A program made the position numbers and the translations under genes. Below are positions 43,590 to 53,696 of a DNA stretch of 64,000 bases, in pieces. This DNA is from an uncultured Acidimicrobiia bacterium. Its GTDB lineage: Bacteria; Acidobacteriota; Terriglobia; Versatilivoradales; Versatilivoraceae. The stretch lies in NCBI GenBank assembly GCA_963786955.1, contig CAWBAT010000005.1, positions 160,001 through 224,000 on the forward strand, given 5' to 3'. How positions within the stretch are numbered: position 1 is the stretch's first letter; every line of letters begins with the position of its first letter. The notes under the pieces were generated by a model that saw only the letters and a list, made by a program, of their open reading frames with translations, was not told where the DNA came from and made no database searches.

Positions 43590-44993
43590 TTATGCTGGAT
43601 TTGATTCAGCAGCCGATCGGAAGAACTCCAATCCCGCAGCAATTCCCGAGATCCAGGCTAACTGCATGGCGTTGGCAGGAATGTAAAGATTGAAATCCAC
43701 AACACTGTGGAGCAAGATCGCCGCGAGGGACCCGGTGCAGGCCAATGCCAGGCAGCAGCCATTGGCACTTTCCGGTTTAAGCGCAGCCCGTAAGACCTTA
43801 AACAAGATCACCAGCAGTAGTGTTGCCAGGATCAAAAAACCGATAACGCCCAGCTCGGCCAGAGACTGCAGGTAATCATTGTGAGCAAAGTCAACGGTGG
43901 CGTTCAGAGAAGAAGCACCATACTTCGGAAAAACGGATTCCAGACCACCAGGCCGCAGCCAAAGAGTGGATAGGCCGCGATGAGATGGATCGTATCTTTC
44001 CACATCAAAAGGCGATCATTGGCCGTAATCTCCTCGCTTGCACCCAGTTCGGCAAAACGAAGGATCAACTGGTCGGGGGGGCAGAAAAACGAATACCCAA
44101 AGAATAAGAAAGCCGACAAGCCCCACGGCTATCCACCTCTTTCTGCGTGAAATGCCTCCGCCTAATCCTGCAACACCCATAATAAACAGCGAAAAGAGTG
44201 CGGCAAGAAAATCCATCCGCGAGAGCGAGTAGATGATCCCGAGGAAGATTACGGTGGCCAGCGTCAGGGCGATACAAGCTTTGAAGACAGAAGGTCCGCG
44301 AAATCCTTCACGGGTCGCGCTTTGAAACAGAATCGCCACCGGATACATGACCGCGAAAGGCAGAGCCATTTCGAGGCAGCCGGCAAAATGATTCCGGTTG
44401 ACGAAAGTCCCATTGGCAACGGCGCCGCTTTCACCCAAAGCCGATTGTGCCAGGCCTAGTGCGGCTTCCAGACATGCGATCAATAGAATAGGGGCGGCGA
44501 GTACCCACGGCTTCTCCTGCATTTTCCGGGCGGCCTCACGGATCAGAAGAAAGATCAAGACACATCCCAATACGAGCAGCAATTTCTGGGAGGTCTCTCC
44601 CGGGTAAACGGTCAGCGGAACCAAGCGGTGTGCTGGAACAAGCTGAGCGAATCCTGCTTGTAGTTCCGCCCTTGCCGGTGACAAACTCCTCAACCAGGCA
44701 ACCGGCAGCGGAAGAAGCTGCAATGCGACATAACCGGGCAATAGCAATAAGGGGCAGGCTAGCCAGGCGTCCAGAGCGGCTCCGGAGAGGGGTGGCAGAA
44801 AGGTCAAGGCGAGGAACACGACCAGCATCCCCAATCCCAGCAGGCAGAGATTCAAGTCTTCCGACCACACTCCCCCCTGCCAAAAAACGGCGAAACCCAG
44901 GGGGAGGGTCAGAAGAACTGGCGTCCACCGAAAGCCGAAAAAAAAGAATCGAAATTCTAGGAATAATCTTAGTCGCCACTCATCGATTGTCAC
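43590..44993 (-). CDS. O-antigen ligase (Wzy_C) family membrane protein, frameshifted
   Basis: GTFVNRNHFA, SLSR, R...WKDT, AHNDYLQ..AELG and HSVVDFNL motifs. Confidence 0.85.
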
Positions 44994-44994
44994 T

Positions 44995-45410
44995 TTCTTA
45001 TTCCCCCTTACTTAAAGGGCGCCGGGGGATGTCCTGTTTTGTGAATTCTTCATTTGGCATTCGTCATTCAGCATTTATCATTTCTGACTTTAGACTCTTA
45101 ACCTTAGACCTTTGACCTATTTTCTGCTTTCTGCCTTCTGACTTTTGACCTCAGACCTCTGACTTTCGACGTTTAAGTTTGACCTTAGATCTTGGACAAA
45201 ATTTTTGCGTCCTTTGCGCTCTTTTGCGGCAATACTTGCTTTGACTTTTTCTTTAGGTTTTAGACTTTGGACTTTCGACCTTCGACCTTGGACCCTCGCT
45301 AATCTCCATTCGCCATTCGTCATTTCTGACTTTGGACTTTCAACCTTTGACTCTGAAACTCCGAACTCTTATCCCTGCCTTCTGCTTACTGCTTACTGCC
45401 TTCTGTCTTC
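44995..45410. repeat. Composite heptamer/nonamer repeat block
   Basis: Shares ~70 bp with 58375-58444; heptamer runs present. Confidence 0.8.
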
Positions 45411-45411
45411 T

Positions 45412-46605
45412 TCACCCCCGCAGTATCCCCATTCCATACTTGTTAGCCAGGCGGACTGCTCGAAGCGGGTAATAGAGAAACGAAAGCTTCGAAGGCAGCG
45501 AAAGGAGAGTCCAATCCGCCAGAGTTGGAGCCAGCGCAATGCTGAATGAATAACGTAACCCGTCACGCAGCCGCTCCCGGACGCGGAGATGAAACAAGGC
45601 AGCATTGAAGCCATCCGAGGGTTTGCCCAGGTCAGAGAATAACCAGGCGTAAACTCTTGTAGCCAGAGTTTCCACTACGGGTATCTTCTGCATCGCGATC
45701 AACATTTCGCTGGGAACCTCGGCTCCCAATAGATCGTTAGCCAGAAAGAGCCCCAGTAGCAGCATGCGCTCGCAACCCATGACTCTGGCCTGCTCCAGGA
45801 TCTTCTCCCATGCGAGATTTTTCTCGGCCGCGAGCAGACGAGCGATGTCGCAGATCCAACCCAGATTGAGCCAGAGATGCTTGGCGCCATGGACACAAAG
45901 AAGCAACAGCAAATCCTCCGAGGAGAGGGTCAAGACTTCCGTGCGGCAAAGCTGGACCGGATGCAATCGCCTACTCACATCGACCCACTCCAAAGGGAAA
46001 GCAAAGTCTTTGGGAGTGAGTTTGGAATGGAGTTCAACACAGATCTGGTTCTTCCCTTTGACAATTGGCCACTGACGAAGAGAAACAAGATAAGCCTCCT
46101 CTTGAGCTGGAGCCAAAGGGTACTGAGCTTGGTATCCCATAGTTGACAGCAGCGCTTTGGCACGCGGAAGATTTTCCTCTCCAAGAATGATGTCGAGGTC
46201 TCCGAACTGCCGAAAGGCCAGGTTTCCATAAGCCTTCACAGCTAAGGTAGGGCCTTTAAAGGGAATCGCCAGAATTCCGTGGGACTCCAGACGATTGAGG
46301 ATCTCCAGCAATTCCCCCGCTAGTAACAGGTTTGTTTTGGAAGTCTCGTGAAAACCCTTTTGTAGCTGGTCCAGAATGGCTTCAGGCACCGCTGCTCGAC
46401 AATTCGAATGGATGTGCCAATACAAGAGGGGCAGCAGACCATGGCGGGAGGCCGATTCGGTCAGCACGTCCCATTTGAGCCCTTTTTCGACGAGAGCATG
46501 TATTCGTTCGGTCCTCTCCGGATCGCTCCCAACCGAGGCAACCAGGACTAGTAGCTCATCTTCGGGCCGCAGAGCGATTCGCCTATTAGATCTGACGCTG
46601 ATCAC
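45412..46605 (-). CDS. Nucleotidyltransferase family protein (lasso-associated)
   Basis: FKGPTLA..Y....RQFGDLDI, VELH and HGAKHLW..L.WICD motifs. Confidence 0.88.
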   Translation of the reverse strand: MISVRSNRRIALRPEDELLVLVASVGSDPERTERIHALVEKGLKWDVLTESASRHGLLPLLYWHIHSNCRAAVPEAILDQLQKGFHETSKTNLLLAGELLEILNRLESHGILAIPFKGPTLAVKAYGNLAFRQFGDLDIILGEENLPRAKALLSTMGYQAQYPLAPAQEEAYLVSLRQWPIVKGKNQICVELHSKLTPKDFAFPLEWVDVSRRLHPVQLCRTEVLTLSSEDLLLLLCVHGAKHLWLNLGWICDIARLLAAEKNLAWEKILEQARVMGCERMLLLGLFLANDLLGAEVPSEMLIAMQKIPVVETLATRVYAWLFSDLGKPSDGFNAALFHLRVRERLRDGLRYSFSIALAPTLADWTLLSLPSKLSFLYYPLRAVRLANKYGMGILRG

Positions 46606-47026
46606 TTGTCACTCTTTCCTATCTTATTCCCCCTTAGTAAAGGGGGCGCCGGGGGATGTCCTGCTTTGAGGTTTTCTTCACTGGCACATGCTGTCCCCCT
46701 TTTGCACAAGGGGGGACTTCAGGGGGGATTGGCATTTATAATTTGTGACTTTTGACTTTCGACCTTGGACCTTTTGCCTCTGCTTTTGGCTTTCCCCGTG
46801 CCCCCGTGGCACGCTTCCCTGTTTATCCTCGCGCCCTTTGCGCTTTTTTGTGGCAAAAATTGTTCTTATCCTTTTCCAATCCGCGTTTATTCGCGTTCAT
46901 CCGCGGCTTATTTTTCTTTGTGTCTTTGCGTCCTTTGCGAGAGGTAGCTTTTCAATCTCAAATCGCCATTTTCCCTTTGGGACTCCGAACTCAGGACTCA
47001 AGACTCTAGACCTTTGACCGGGAACA

Positions 47027-49141
47027 TTATTTAACAACGCCCACGGCTCGCACAAAGCGCTCAACGTGGCTACCAGCTCCTGCCACTTGAAACCTCTCAC
47101 CTGCTTTATCTTCTCTCATCTGAGCCGCCCAGGATTGAGCATAATCCCCGCCTCGTGCCAGTAACTCCGCGTGACTTCCGGATTCAACAATCCGCCCGTC
47201 GGCCATCACGTGGATCACATCCGCATGCATGGCAGTGGTGAATCGATGCGTGATAATCAGCACCGTGCGCCCTTGGGCCAACCTGCTGAAGCGGTCGAGC
47301 CAGTCCGCTTCCGCCCAAGGGTCCATGGCACTGGTGGGCTCATCCAAGAGGATGATAGGCGCCTGCCGGAAGAATGCCCGTGCCAGGGCGATTCGTTGCC
47401 ACTCTCCCACGCTCAGCTCTGCACCATTCACAAACCACTTCCCGAGAGGATTGTCATATCTTTGAGGTAGGCGGTGGACAATGTCTTCTGCTCCGGCAGT
47501 TCGTGCGGCCTCTTCTATCGATTTCTGTGAGTTGACACGAGACATCTCCACCTCGACCCACTCTTCGGCTCCCCTCTCCCCAACACGGGAGAGGGGCTGG
47601 AGGGTGAGGGGGAAACCCCACGCGCTGCCTGCCTTCGCCAAATCTCCCAAAGCAATGTTTTCGGCTACGGTATTGTTAAAGTGGACAGGCTCCTGGAAAA
47701 GCACCGTGAGCTGCTTGCGTAAATCCTCAATCGGTAGATCACGCAAATCAGTCCCGTCCAATTCAATCAGGCCTTCGTCAGGATCATAAAAGCGGCAGAG
47801 TAACTTAATCAGAGTACTCTTCCCTGAACCGTTGAGCCCCACGACAGCCACTTTCTTCCCAGTAGAGATATTCAAAGAAAAATCCCATAGCGCAGGTTGC
47901 TGGCTGCCGGGATAGCGGAAAGTCACATGCCGGAAGCTGATCCCTTCTTCTTGATTACCTCCCTCTCCTCTTGGGAGAGGGTGTTCGACGAGCGGGTGAG
48001 GGGAGGAAGACCACGGATCAATAATCTTGCGCGAATCGGATTCTTGCTCAGATATGATTTGGGTAGTGGCGGTTCGTATCGGAATGGGGTGAGGTCCGTC
48101 AATTACCTTTGGCTTCAGCGCCAGGAACTCAAACAAATTGCCCAGAAACAGGCTGTTTGAATACAGGTGTCCGACGTTCTGCAAAAGCGATCGCATCAAC
48201 TGCTGTCCTTGATTGAAGGCCTGGGTGAAGAGTGCCAGGTCGCCCAGTGAAACCAGGCCTTGGACGGCTTTCCACACCATCCAACCCAGGGCTGCGCCAG
48301 TAATCAACAGTCCGAAGCTGCCGGCAGCCAGCTCAGCCAGACCCTGTTCTCCAGCCATCTGCACTCGTTCCTGCCGCAGTTTCCAGCGAAGAGCCTGGTA
48401 AGCCGCCTGAAAGCGCGGACCCATTCCAAAGAGCCGCAGCTCTGCGGCAGTCTCCCGGCTGGTGAGCAGCCAGTCATAGTACCAGCTACGGCGTTCTTCG
48501 GAAGTGCTCTTCAGTCTCCATTGGTGTTGGATCAGGGTATAGCGGAGCACAACATAAAGTGCCGGAAGAGTGCTGACGAAAACCGCCGCAGGCAGCCAGG
48601 CCCCGTAAGGAACCAGCACTGCGCCCATCGCCAGCAAAGTAATTCCGTTTTGGAGCAGACTACCGAGACTTTCGAGTAATTCGACAGGCCGGTAACTGGC
48701 TTCATCGCGGGCGCGATGCAGGTGGTCATAGAACTCGGGCAGATCATAAAAAGCCAGGTCGAGTTCCACGGATTTGGTGTGGACGAGTCCCGTGACATGA
48801 TCTTTCAGGAGGTCAGCCTGGATTGTCCTAACCCAGACCGTTGCGCTGCGCAGTAACTCTGTCAGCAAGAGCACGGCACCCATCAACCCCATGGGAACAA
48901 GCACCGGGCGGAAGGTTTGCCAATCGCCATGAGAACCGAGGACAGGGACGAGGCTATTCACCAGCCACCGGGTCAGATAAACCGTAACAACAGGCAACAG
49001 CCCCTGGAACACCAGAAGGACTGCCCAAGCTATTGTCCAGCCGCGCGTCGCTCTCCAAGCCAGGCGCAATGCTCGGGGAAGATTGGGCAGCTGGGCGGCA
49101 GCCTTTCTTAATTTGCCAATGAGGAGTGGAAGATTTTGCAA
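47027..49141 (-). CDS. ABC exporter (TMD+NBD) with two in-frame repeat insertions
   Basis: GLNGSGKS, LSVGEWQR, LLDEPTS and ITHR motifs. Confidence 0.93.
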   Translation of the reverse strand: MQNLPLLIGKLRKAAAQLPNLPRALRLAWRATRGWTIAWAVLLVFQGLLPVVTVYLTRWLVNSLVPVLGSHGDWQTFRPVLVPMGLMGAVLLLTELLRSATVWVRTIQADLLKDHVTGLVHTKSVELDLAFYDLPEFYDHLHRARDEASYRPVELLESLGSLLQNGITLLAMGAVLVPYGAWLPAAVFVSTLPALYVVLRYTLIQHQWRLKSTSEERRSWYYDWLLTSRETAAELRLFGMGPRFQAAYQALRWKLRQERVQMAGEQGLAELAAGSFGLLITGAALGWMVWKAVQGLVSLGDLALFTQAFNQGQQLMRSLLQNVGHLYSNSLFLGNLFEFLALKPKVIDGPHPIPIRTATTQIISEQESDSRKIIDPWSSSPHPLVEHPLPRGEGGNQEEGISFRHVTFRYPGSQQPALWDFSLNISTGKKVAVVGLNGSGKSTLIKLLCRFYDPDEGLIELDGTDLRDLPIEDLRKQLTVLFQEPVHFNNTVAENIALGDLAKAGSAWGFPLTLQPLSRVGERGAEEWVEVEMSRVNSQKSIEEAARTAGAEDIVHRLPQRYDNPLGKWFVNGAELSVGEWQRIALARAFFRQAPIILLDEPTSAMDPWAEADWLDRFSRLAQGRTVLIITHRFTTAMHADVIHVMADGRIVESGSHAELLARGGDYAQSWAAQMREDKAGERFQVAGAGSHVERFVRAVGVVK

Positions 49142-49205
49142 GGCAAGATTAACTTAATAGAATGCTCAGTGAAAAGGAACGAAGGACCATCGTGCATCGC
49201 CCCTC

Positions 49206-50198
49206 TCACAACCTGCAGTGAAGCGCCTTCTTGAATTTGACTTCAGAAGAAAGGTTTTCGAGGATGGCTTCTTTTACAGCGGGCAAAAGCGAAAGATCGT
49301 GTGGATAACTCAATTGATAAAAGATGGGTAAATTCACAACGCGGCTTAAACAGCTGAACTCAGTCGAAAGCATGTCCCGGTCACCAATATCCAGCTTATA
49401 AGCGTATCGCACTAGCTCCAGAAAGCTTTCTCTCGGTGAAATCGGAATGATACTGATAGGCCCATTATCTTCTGAAGGTTTAGAGGTGTTGAGGAAATAA
49501 ATCCTGCGTAAAATGACTGGATCGTCTTGAAAAAGAAGTGAATGATCTATTAAGTCAATTCTCTTCTTGCGCGTATAGTGGGCAACATCACAATATTCTG
49601 GTTCTCTATTAAAGAGGGAATCGACAATTTCCTTCCAAAGCCGCAGTCCTGGATATCCCGGAAATGCAAGAAGCTCTCCTTTGCTTTCTTCGAGCACCAG
49701 GCAGTCATCGGTAATAAAAGGGAATCCATCTTTCGCAAAACTTGCCGCCAAAGTAGATTTTCCCGCTCCTGTTTTACCGATGAATGCGATAGCACCCGTT
49801 TCACTCACTACTGAGCTGGCATGCAGCACAAGTTTTCCTCTTTTGCTGAGCGCAAGAGGGAATACTTGATCTAGAAACAAGTGTCTTATCGTCTCCAACG
49901 GGACTTCAGGGACGGGTGTACATTGAACATTCTCTCCGGTTCCGGAAATGTAAAAATCGGCTAGATCAGGGAAGCGGAGGAGGTAACGGTCCCCTAGTTT
50001 GCCAAAGTAAAGCCAAACCTCCTCTTCCGTTGGCCCCCATTGGTGAAACCATGGAACGAGGATCGAATTCTGCTCTCTTGGAGACAAAAGTTCAAAATTA
50101 AACTCCGGTTTGGTTTTGTCGGTGAGAAGCAATTCAGGCAACTGGATACTGCTCTCGATAACTGTTCCGTAAATTTTATGAAGCATCGACTCCTGCAA
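49206..50198 (-). CDS. HPr-kinase-like lasso peptide kinase
   Basis: LHAS, GKTGAGKST and TDD motifs; cluster context. Confidence 0.85.
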   Translation of the reverse strand: MQESMLHKIYGTVIESSIQLPELLLTDKTKPEFNFELLSPREQNSILVPWFHQWGPTEEEVWLYFGKLGDRYLLRFPDLADFYISGTGENVQCTPVPEVPLETIRHLFLDQVFPLALSKRGKLVLHASSVVSETGAIAFIGKTGAGKSTLAASFAKDGFPFITDDCLVLEESKGELLAFPGYPGLRLWKEIVDSLFNREPEYCDVAHYTRKKRIDLIDHSLLFQDDPVILRRIYFLNTSKPSEDNGPISIIPISPRESFLELVRYAYKLDIGDRDMLSTEFSCLSRVVNLPIFYQLSYPHDLSLLPAVKEAILENLSSEVKFKKALHCRL

Positions 50199-50346
50199 GT
50201 GTCATTCGATGTAGTGGAAATAAATGGGACTTGGGCCAATACAAAAAGAAGGGTAAAGAGCTTGCATGCAAGGTATTTCAGTGGTTTTGACAAAAAGTCA
50301 AATCACGCCCCATCGATCCCCCCGATAGGACCAAGAATGGAGTCGA

Positions 50347-51511
50347 CTATATTGTGTAACGCGTAACTACCTCCGCCACAAACGTGGCAGCTTCACTTGG
50401 TGAGCGAAAGAGCTTGGGATGATGCTCGTATGCCGCATTCTCTATTTCCGCAAGGCATCTTTTGCCATCACACAGGCTCAAGACTGTAAGCCGAGCTTCT
50501 CCCCTTGATGTAAGCTTTGGCTTGAAATCGGGCTGGGTTCTCTGGAGATCTCTCTTGCCGAGCAACATTCCTTTCCAGGTAGAGTGAGAAAACCAATCTT
50601 TTCTGAAGCCTCGCTCTTTAGTTGATTCCGATGGTTTTTCAAATACCTCTAGTTCCCATGCAACGACCGAGGCCCCAGGTAGAAAATGAATCTTGATCTC
50701 AATCAAATTCCCTTCCGTAACTTTGATGGCCCGTTCAATTGGAAAGAAAAGATGTTTTCTCTGAATGGTATCAGGTCGAAGTGGTGAATTTGTGACCGCA
50801 AAGCTTTCTGACAACTGGGCTGAGAACCAGCCTGCAATTCCGTGAAGTCTACCCGTCCTTCTGGCTGTAGCAGAAGCTTGTAGGCCGAATGGTTTGGCTG
50901 ACACTGTTGTGAGATCCAGAGAAGCCCCCATAACCGGCTCGCTTAGCAATTGTCCGGGTTGAAACGTAAAGCGGTAAGCGCAGTTGACAGCTACTGAACG
51001 TCCAGGTGAGAAATTTAAACCGGTCGACGAGTCGTTCCAGAAGTCGATCTGAGCAAAACTTTCGTCAGCATTCGACAGGCGCAAGGAACAAATCAACCCG
51101 CGCTGGAATCAGTCTTCCCCCAGTTTTCAAAAAGCGGTCGCGAGCGTCACTGAGAGAATCCAATAGGCCAAATTCAGGACCGAATCCAATCTGGTCAGCA
51201 ATGACGACATCAACCTTTTCTGGAAGGTCCACCCGCATAGAAAGGTCCTTGATGAAGACCACTCTATCCTGATACCCGTTGATCTCGAAAAGTTGGCGGG
51301 CCAGTTCAATGATTGCCCCTTCCTCAATCGAATAAATTCGTCGAGCTCCCGCCTGGCAGGCCAAAAGGCCGAGAATGCCTGTTCCCGCTCCAAGATCGAG
51401 AACAATATCTCCGGGTTTGACAACCTGAGCGATTGCTTGGCGAAAGGCCGAGACACGTACCTCATCTGCCAAGTAGTGGCGGTGCTCATGGAGAATCGCT
51501 GAGAAATCCAT
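50347..51511 (-). CDS. PRMT-fold SAM methyltransferase with a putative C-terminal PqqD-like domain; frameshift near 51070
   Basis: VLDLGAGTGIL, LPEKVDVVI, ARDRFLK.GG.LIP, G.LHG.AGWF and TNSP motifs; C-terminal LCDGKRCLAEI. Confidence 0.8.
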
Positions 51512-51546
51512 TTCTTCTAAAACAGTCCCCCCTCTTCACCCACCAC

Positions 51547-51717
51547 TCATACCATGCCCATCCCGGATAGGCCGTCGGGAACTGAGCCATTTTGCCCCCG
51601 AGTCAGCTTGGAAACGCTTCCGTAATCCAGCAATCTGGGGCTAGCATACACTTTCTTTCCCTTATTTTTTTCTTCACGTTCTTGCATCGTTGGATGGATA
51701 TCCGGTAACTGGTGCAT
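51547..51717 (-). CDS. Lasso peptide precursor (56 aa; core GQNGSVPDGLSGMGMV)
   Basis: AGGAGA RBS; hand translation MHQLPDIHPTMQEREEKNKGKKVYASPRLLDYGSVSKLTR-GQNGSVPDGLSGMGMV shows YxxPxL, Thr(-2), Gly1 and Asp8. Confidence 0.9.
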   Translation of the reverse strand: MHQLPDIHPTMQEREEKNKGKKVYASPRLLDYGSVSKLTRGQNGSVPDGLSGMGMV

Positions 51718-51743
51718 AATGATTTCTCCTTCAGAATTTGGTC

Positions 51744-53696
51744 TCAGACTGCATGAAGAGCGACAGCCGCCTTAAGCGTCTCACCCTGACGCGGCAAATC
51801 TTGCCTGTTCAAAAAAATGGTGTTGAACCAAAGTTCGATGCCAAAAATCATCCATAGTGGCCAAATGTGTCTAACATCATCCCCCTTGTTGTAGAATTGT
51901 GTCATTTCCTGATACATATGCCGCACACTGTTTTCGGCCACCCATCCCTGAGATACTAGGCTTAGCGAATCCCAGAGCTGCTCGGCGCCGAGAGTCTGGA
52001 ACGTCTCGACAAAAAGATGGGTGAAATCCGCTTTTGTGAGTCGCTGGCGTACTGTTTCAGGCAAATAACCTTGGCATGCCTGGCGAAGAACGAATTTGTT
52101 TTGGTTACATTGGAAGCGCTGGTCTTCTGGCAGTGCCAGTGCAAATTCAACAACCCGCCGATCATGAAGTGGGTGCCGCCCTTCTAATCCATGCCACGAT
52201 GCTTCGCGTTCTTCCATCTCGCTGGCGTGGACCACAAAACCATTAGTCGCTGCCAGATAGATTTCCCAGGGGGCAAATCCTAACGGTGATGGGCGCATCG
52301 CCTTTGTTTCAATTCGCTCAGCAAGTCGTGTTCGACCAGCAAAGCCTCTCTCGATCCAGCCGGGAGTAGGCCGTCTGTTCTCCTTTCCAAGCATTCGCCT
52401 AACCCTCGAGCGCGCACTCTGGGGAAGCAGTGGCCAGAGGCCGTAATGTAATAGTCGAGACAAGGTAACAGCAGCTCCTTCAGTTCGGAACACAAATCCG
52501 AGCTCTCGAACTAATTCTGGAACTTTGAGCCGCTGCAAAAGGTCGGCATAGCGGTACCGGCTGCCCCCCAACCACTCATCACCACCCACTCCACTCAGCA
52601 CGACGCGGATCCCTCTGTCCCTAACCAGTTGGTTCACCGGGTTCGCAGTGCCGCCATTAGGATAACCGGGAAAATCTTGGTATCGCTGTGTTCGCTCGGA
52701 ATATAAGCTGAGTTCGCCGACGTGATGGCGAGTCGAGTGCCACCTGAGATGCCATATCTTGATAACGTCATTTATATAGGCGCTCTCATCGCAGGGATAA
52801 CCGGGATAAATTGTAGAAAAAGCCTCTATCTCGGAGATACAAGAACTTCCTTCCTCTGCAAGGGAAGCGGCCACACCTGCAACTGACGACGAATCCAGCC
52901 CTCCACTCAGCGACACTCCCACTGGCGTGGTGCTCCGCAGACGACAGCGCACAGCCTCTCTGAAAATCTCCAGAAAGTGTTCAGCATAGTCTTCGTCCGA
53001 CTCGTAGCGAATCTCTGGGCATGGATCGATGGACCAGTAGCGTTGTTTCCGGAATGAACTGGGACTGAGTCGCAAGTAGTGGGCTGGTGGCAGCCGGAAG
53101 ACATTTTGAAAGAGCGTCTCCTCTTGATGAGTGATAGCACTCGCCAAATATTCGGCAATCATACCCTCATTCGGTTTACGTCGAACTAAGGGGTCGATAA
53201 AAAGCGGAGGCAACTCGGAGGAAAATAGAAATGCCCGGCCCGTGTTCACATAGTAGAACGGCTTTAATCCTAGAAAGTCTCGAGCGCAGAAAAACACCTG
53301 TTGCCGCTTGTCCCAAATTGCAAAAGCAAAGTCACCAATGATTCGCTTCGGGCACTCTTCTCCCCAGCAATCGTAGGCCTTCAGGACTAGTTCAGCATCT
53401 GTATCATCTCGAAGCCTGCCGCCTTTGGCTTCAATGGCAGCTTTCAACTCGTCTCGATTATCGACACGCCCGTCAAGCGTAAGACAGAGATTGCCGGTTT
53501 CATCAAGCAGGGGCTGTTTCTCGTGAAGGGCCTCAGGCGTCGTGCAAAGCATTTGATGACCAAGCCCGACCGGACCGTCAATCCAGTACCCCACCCCGTC
53601 AGGCCCGCGGTGTGAAATCGCGTCGGTCATCCGCTGCAGTAACCTGCGATCAACGGGAGCCCCATCCAAATTATAGATGCCAGCAATGCCGCTCAT
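51744..53696 (-). CDS. Lasso cyclase (asparagine synthetase-like, C protein)
   Basis: MSGIAG (no N-terminal Cys), SLSGGLDSS and SGVGGDE; adjacent to B1, B2 and the precursor. Confidence 0.9.
   Translation of the reverse strand: MSGIAGIYNLDGAPVDRRLLQRMTDAISHRGPDGVGYWIDGPVGLGHQMLCTTPEALHEKQPLLDETGNLCLTLDGRVDNRDELKAAIEAKGGRLRDDTDAELVLKAYDCWGEECPKRIIGDFAFAIWDKRQQVFFCARDFLGLKPFYYVNTGRAFLFSSELPPLFIDPLVRRKPNEGMIAEYLASAITHQEETLFQNVFRLPPAHYLRLSPSSFRKQRYWSIDPCPEIRYESDEDYAEHFLEIFREAVRCRLRSTTPVGVSLSGGLDSSSVAGVAASLAEEGSSCISEIEAFSTIYPGYPCDESAYINDVIKIWHLRWHSTRHHVGELSLYSERTQRYQDFPGYPNGGTANPVNQLVRDRGIRVVLSGVGGDEWLGGSRYRYADLLQRLKVPELVRELGFVFRTEGAAVTLSRLLHYGLWPLLPQSARSRVRRMLGKENRRPTPGWIERGFAGRTRLAERIETKAMRPSPLGFAPWEIYLAATNGFVVHASEMEEREASWHGLEGRHPLHDRRVVEFALALPEDQRFQCNQNKFVLRQACQGYLPETVRQRLTKADFTHLFVETFQTLGAEQLWDSLSLVSQGWVAENSVRHMYQEMTQFYNKGDDVRHIWPLWMIFGIELWFNTIFLNRQDLPRQGETLKAAVALHAV

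Noticed and set aside
44995-45410. Short ORFs in repeat blocks (LDLRPWT-type peptides, also near 40800, 46750 and 58340)
   Set aside because: These are translations of heptamer and nonamer repeats with no RBS or protein signal.
51744-53696. Housekeeping asparagine synthetase AsnB
   Set aside because: It lacks the catalytic N-terminal Cys and is coupled to B1, B2 and a precursor, so lasso cyclase fits better.
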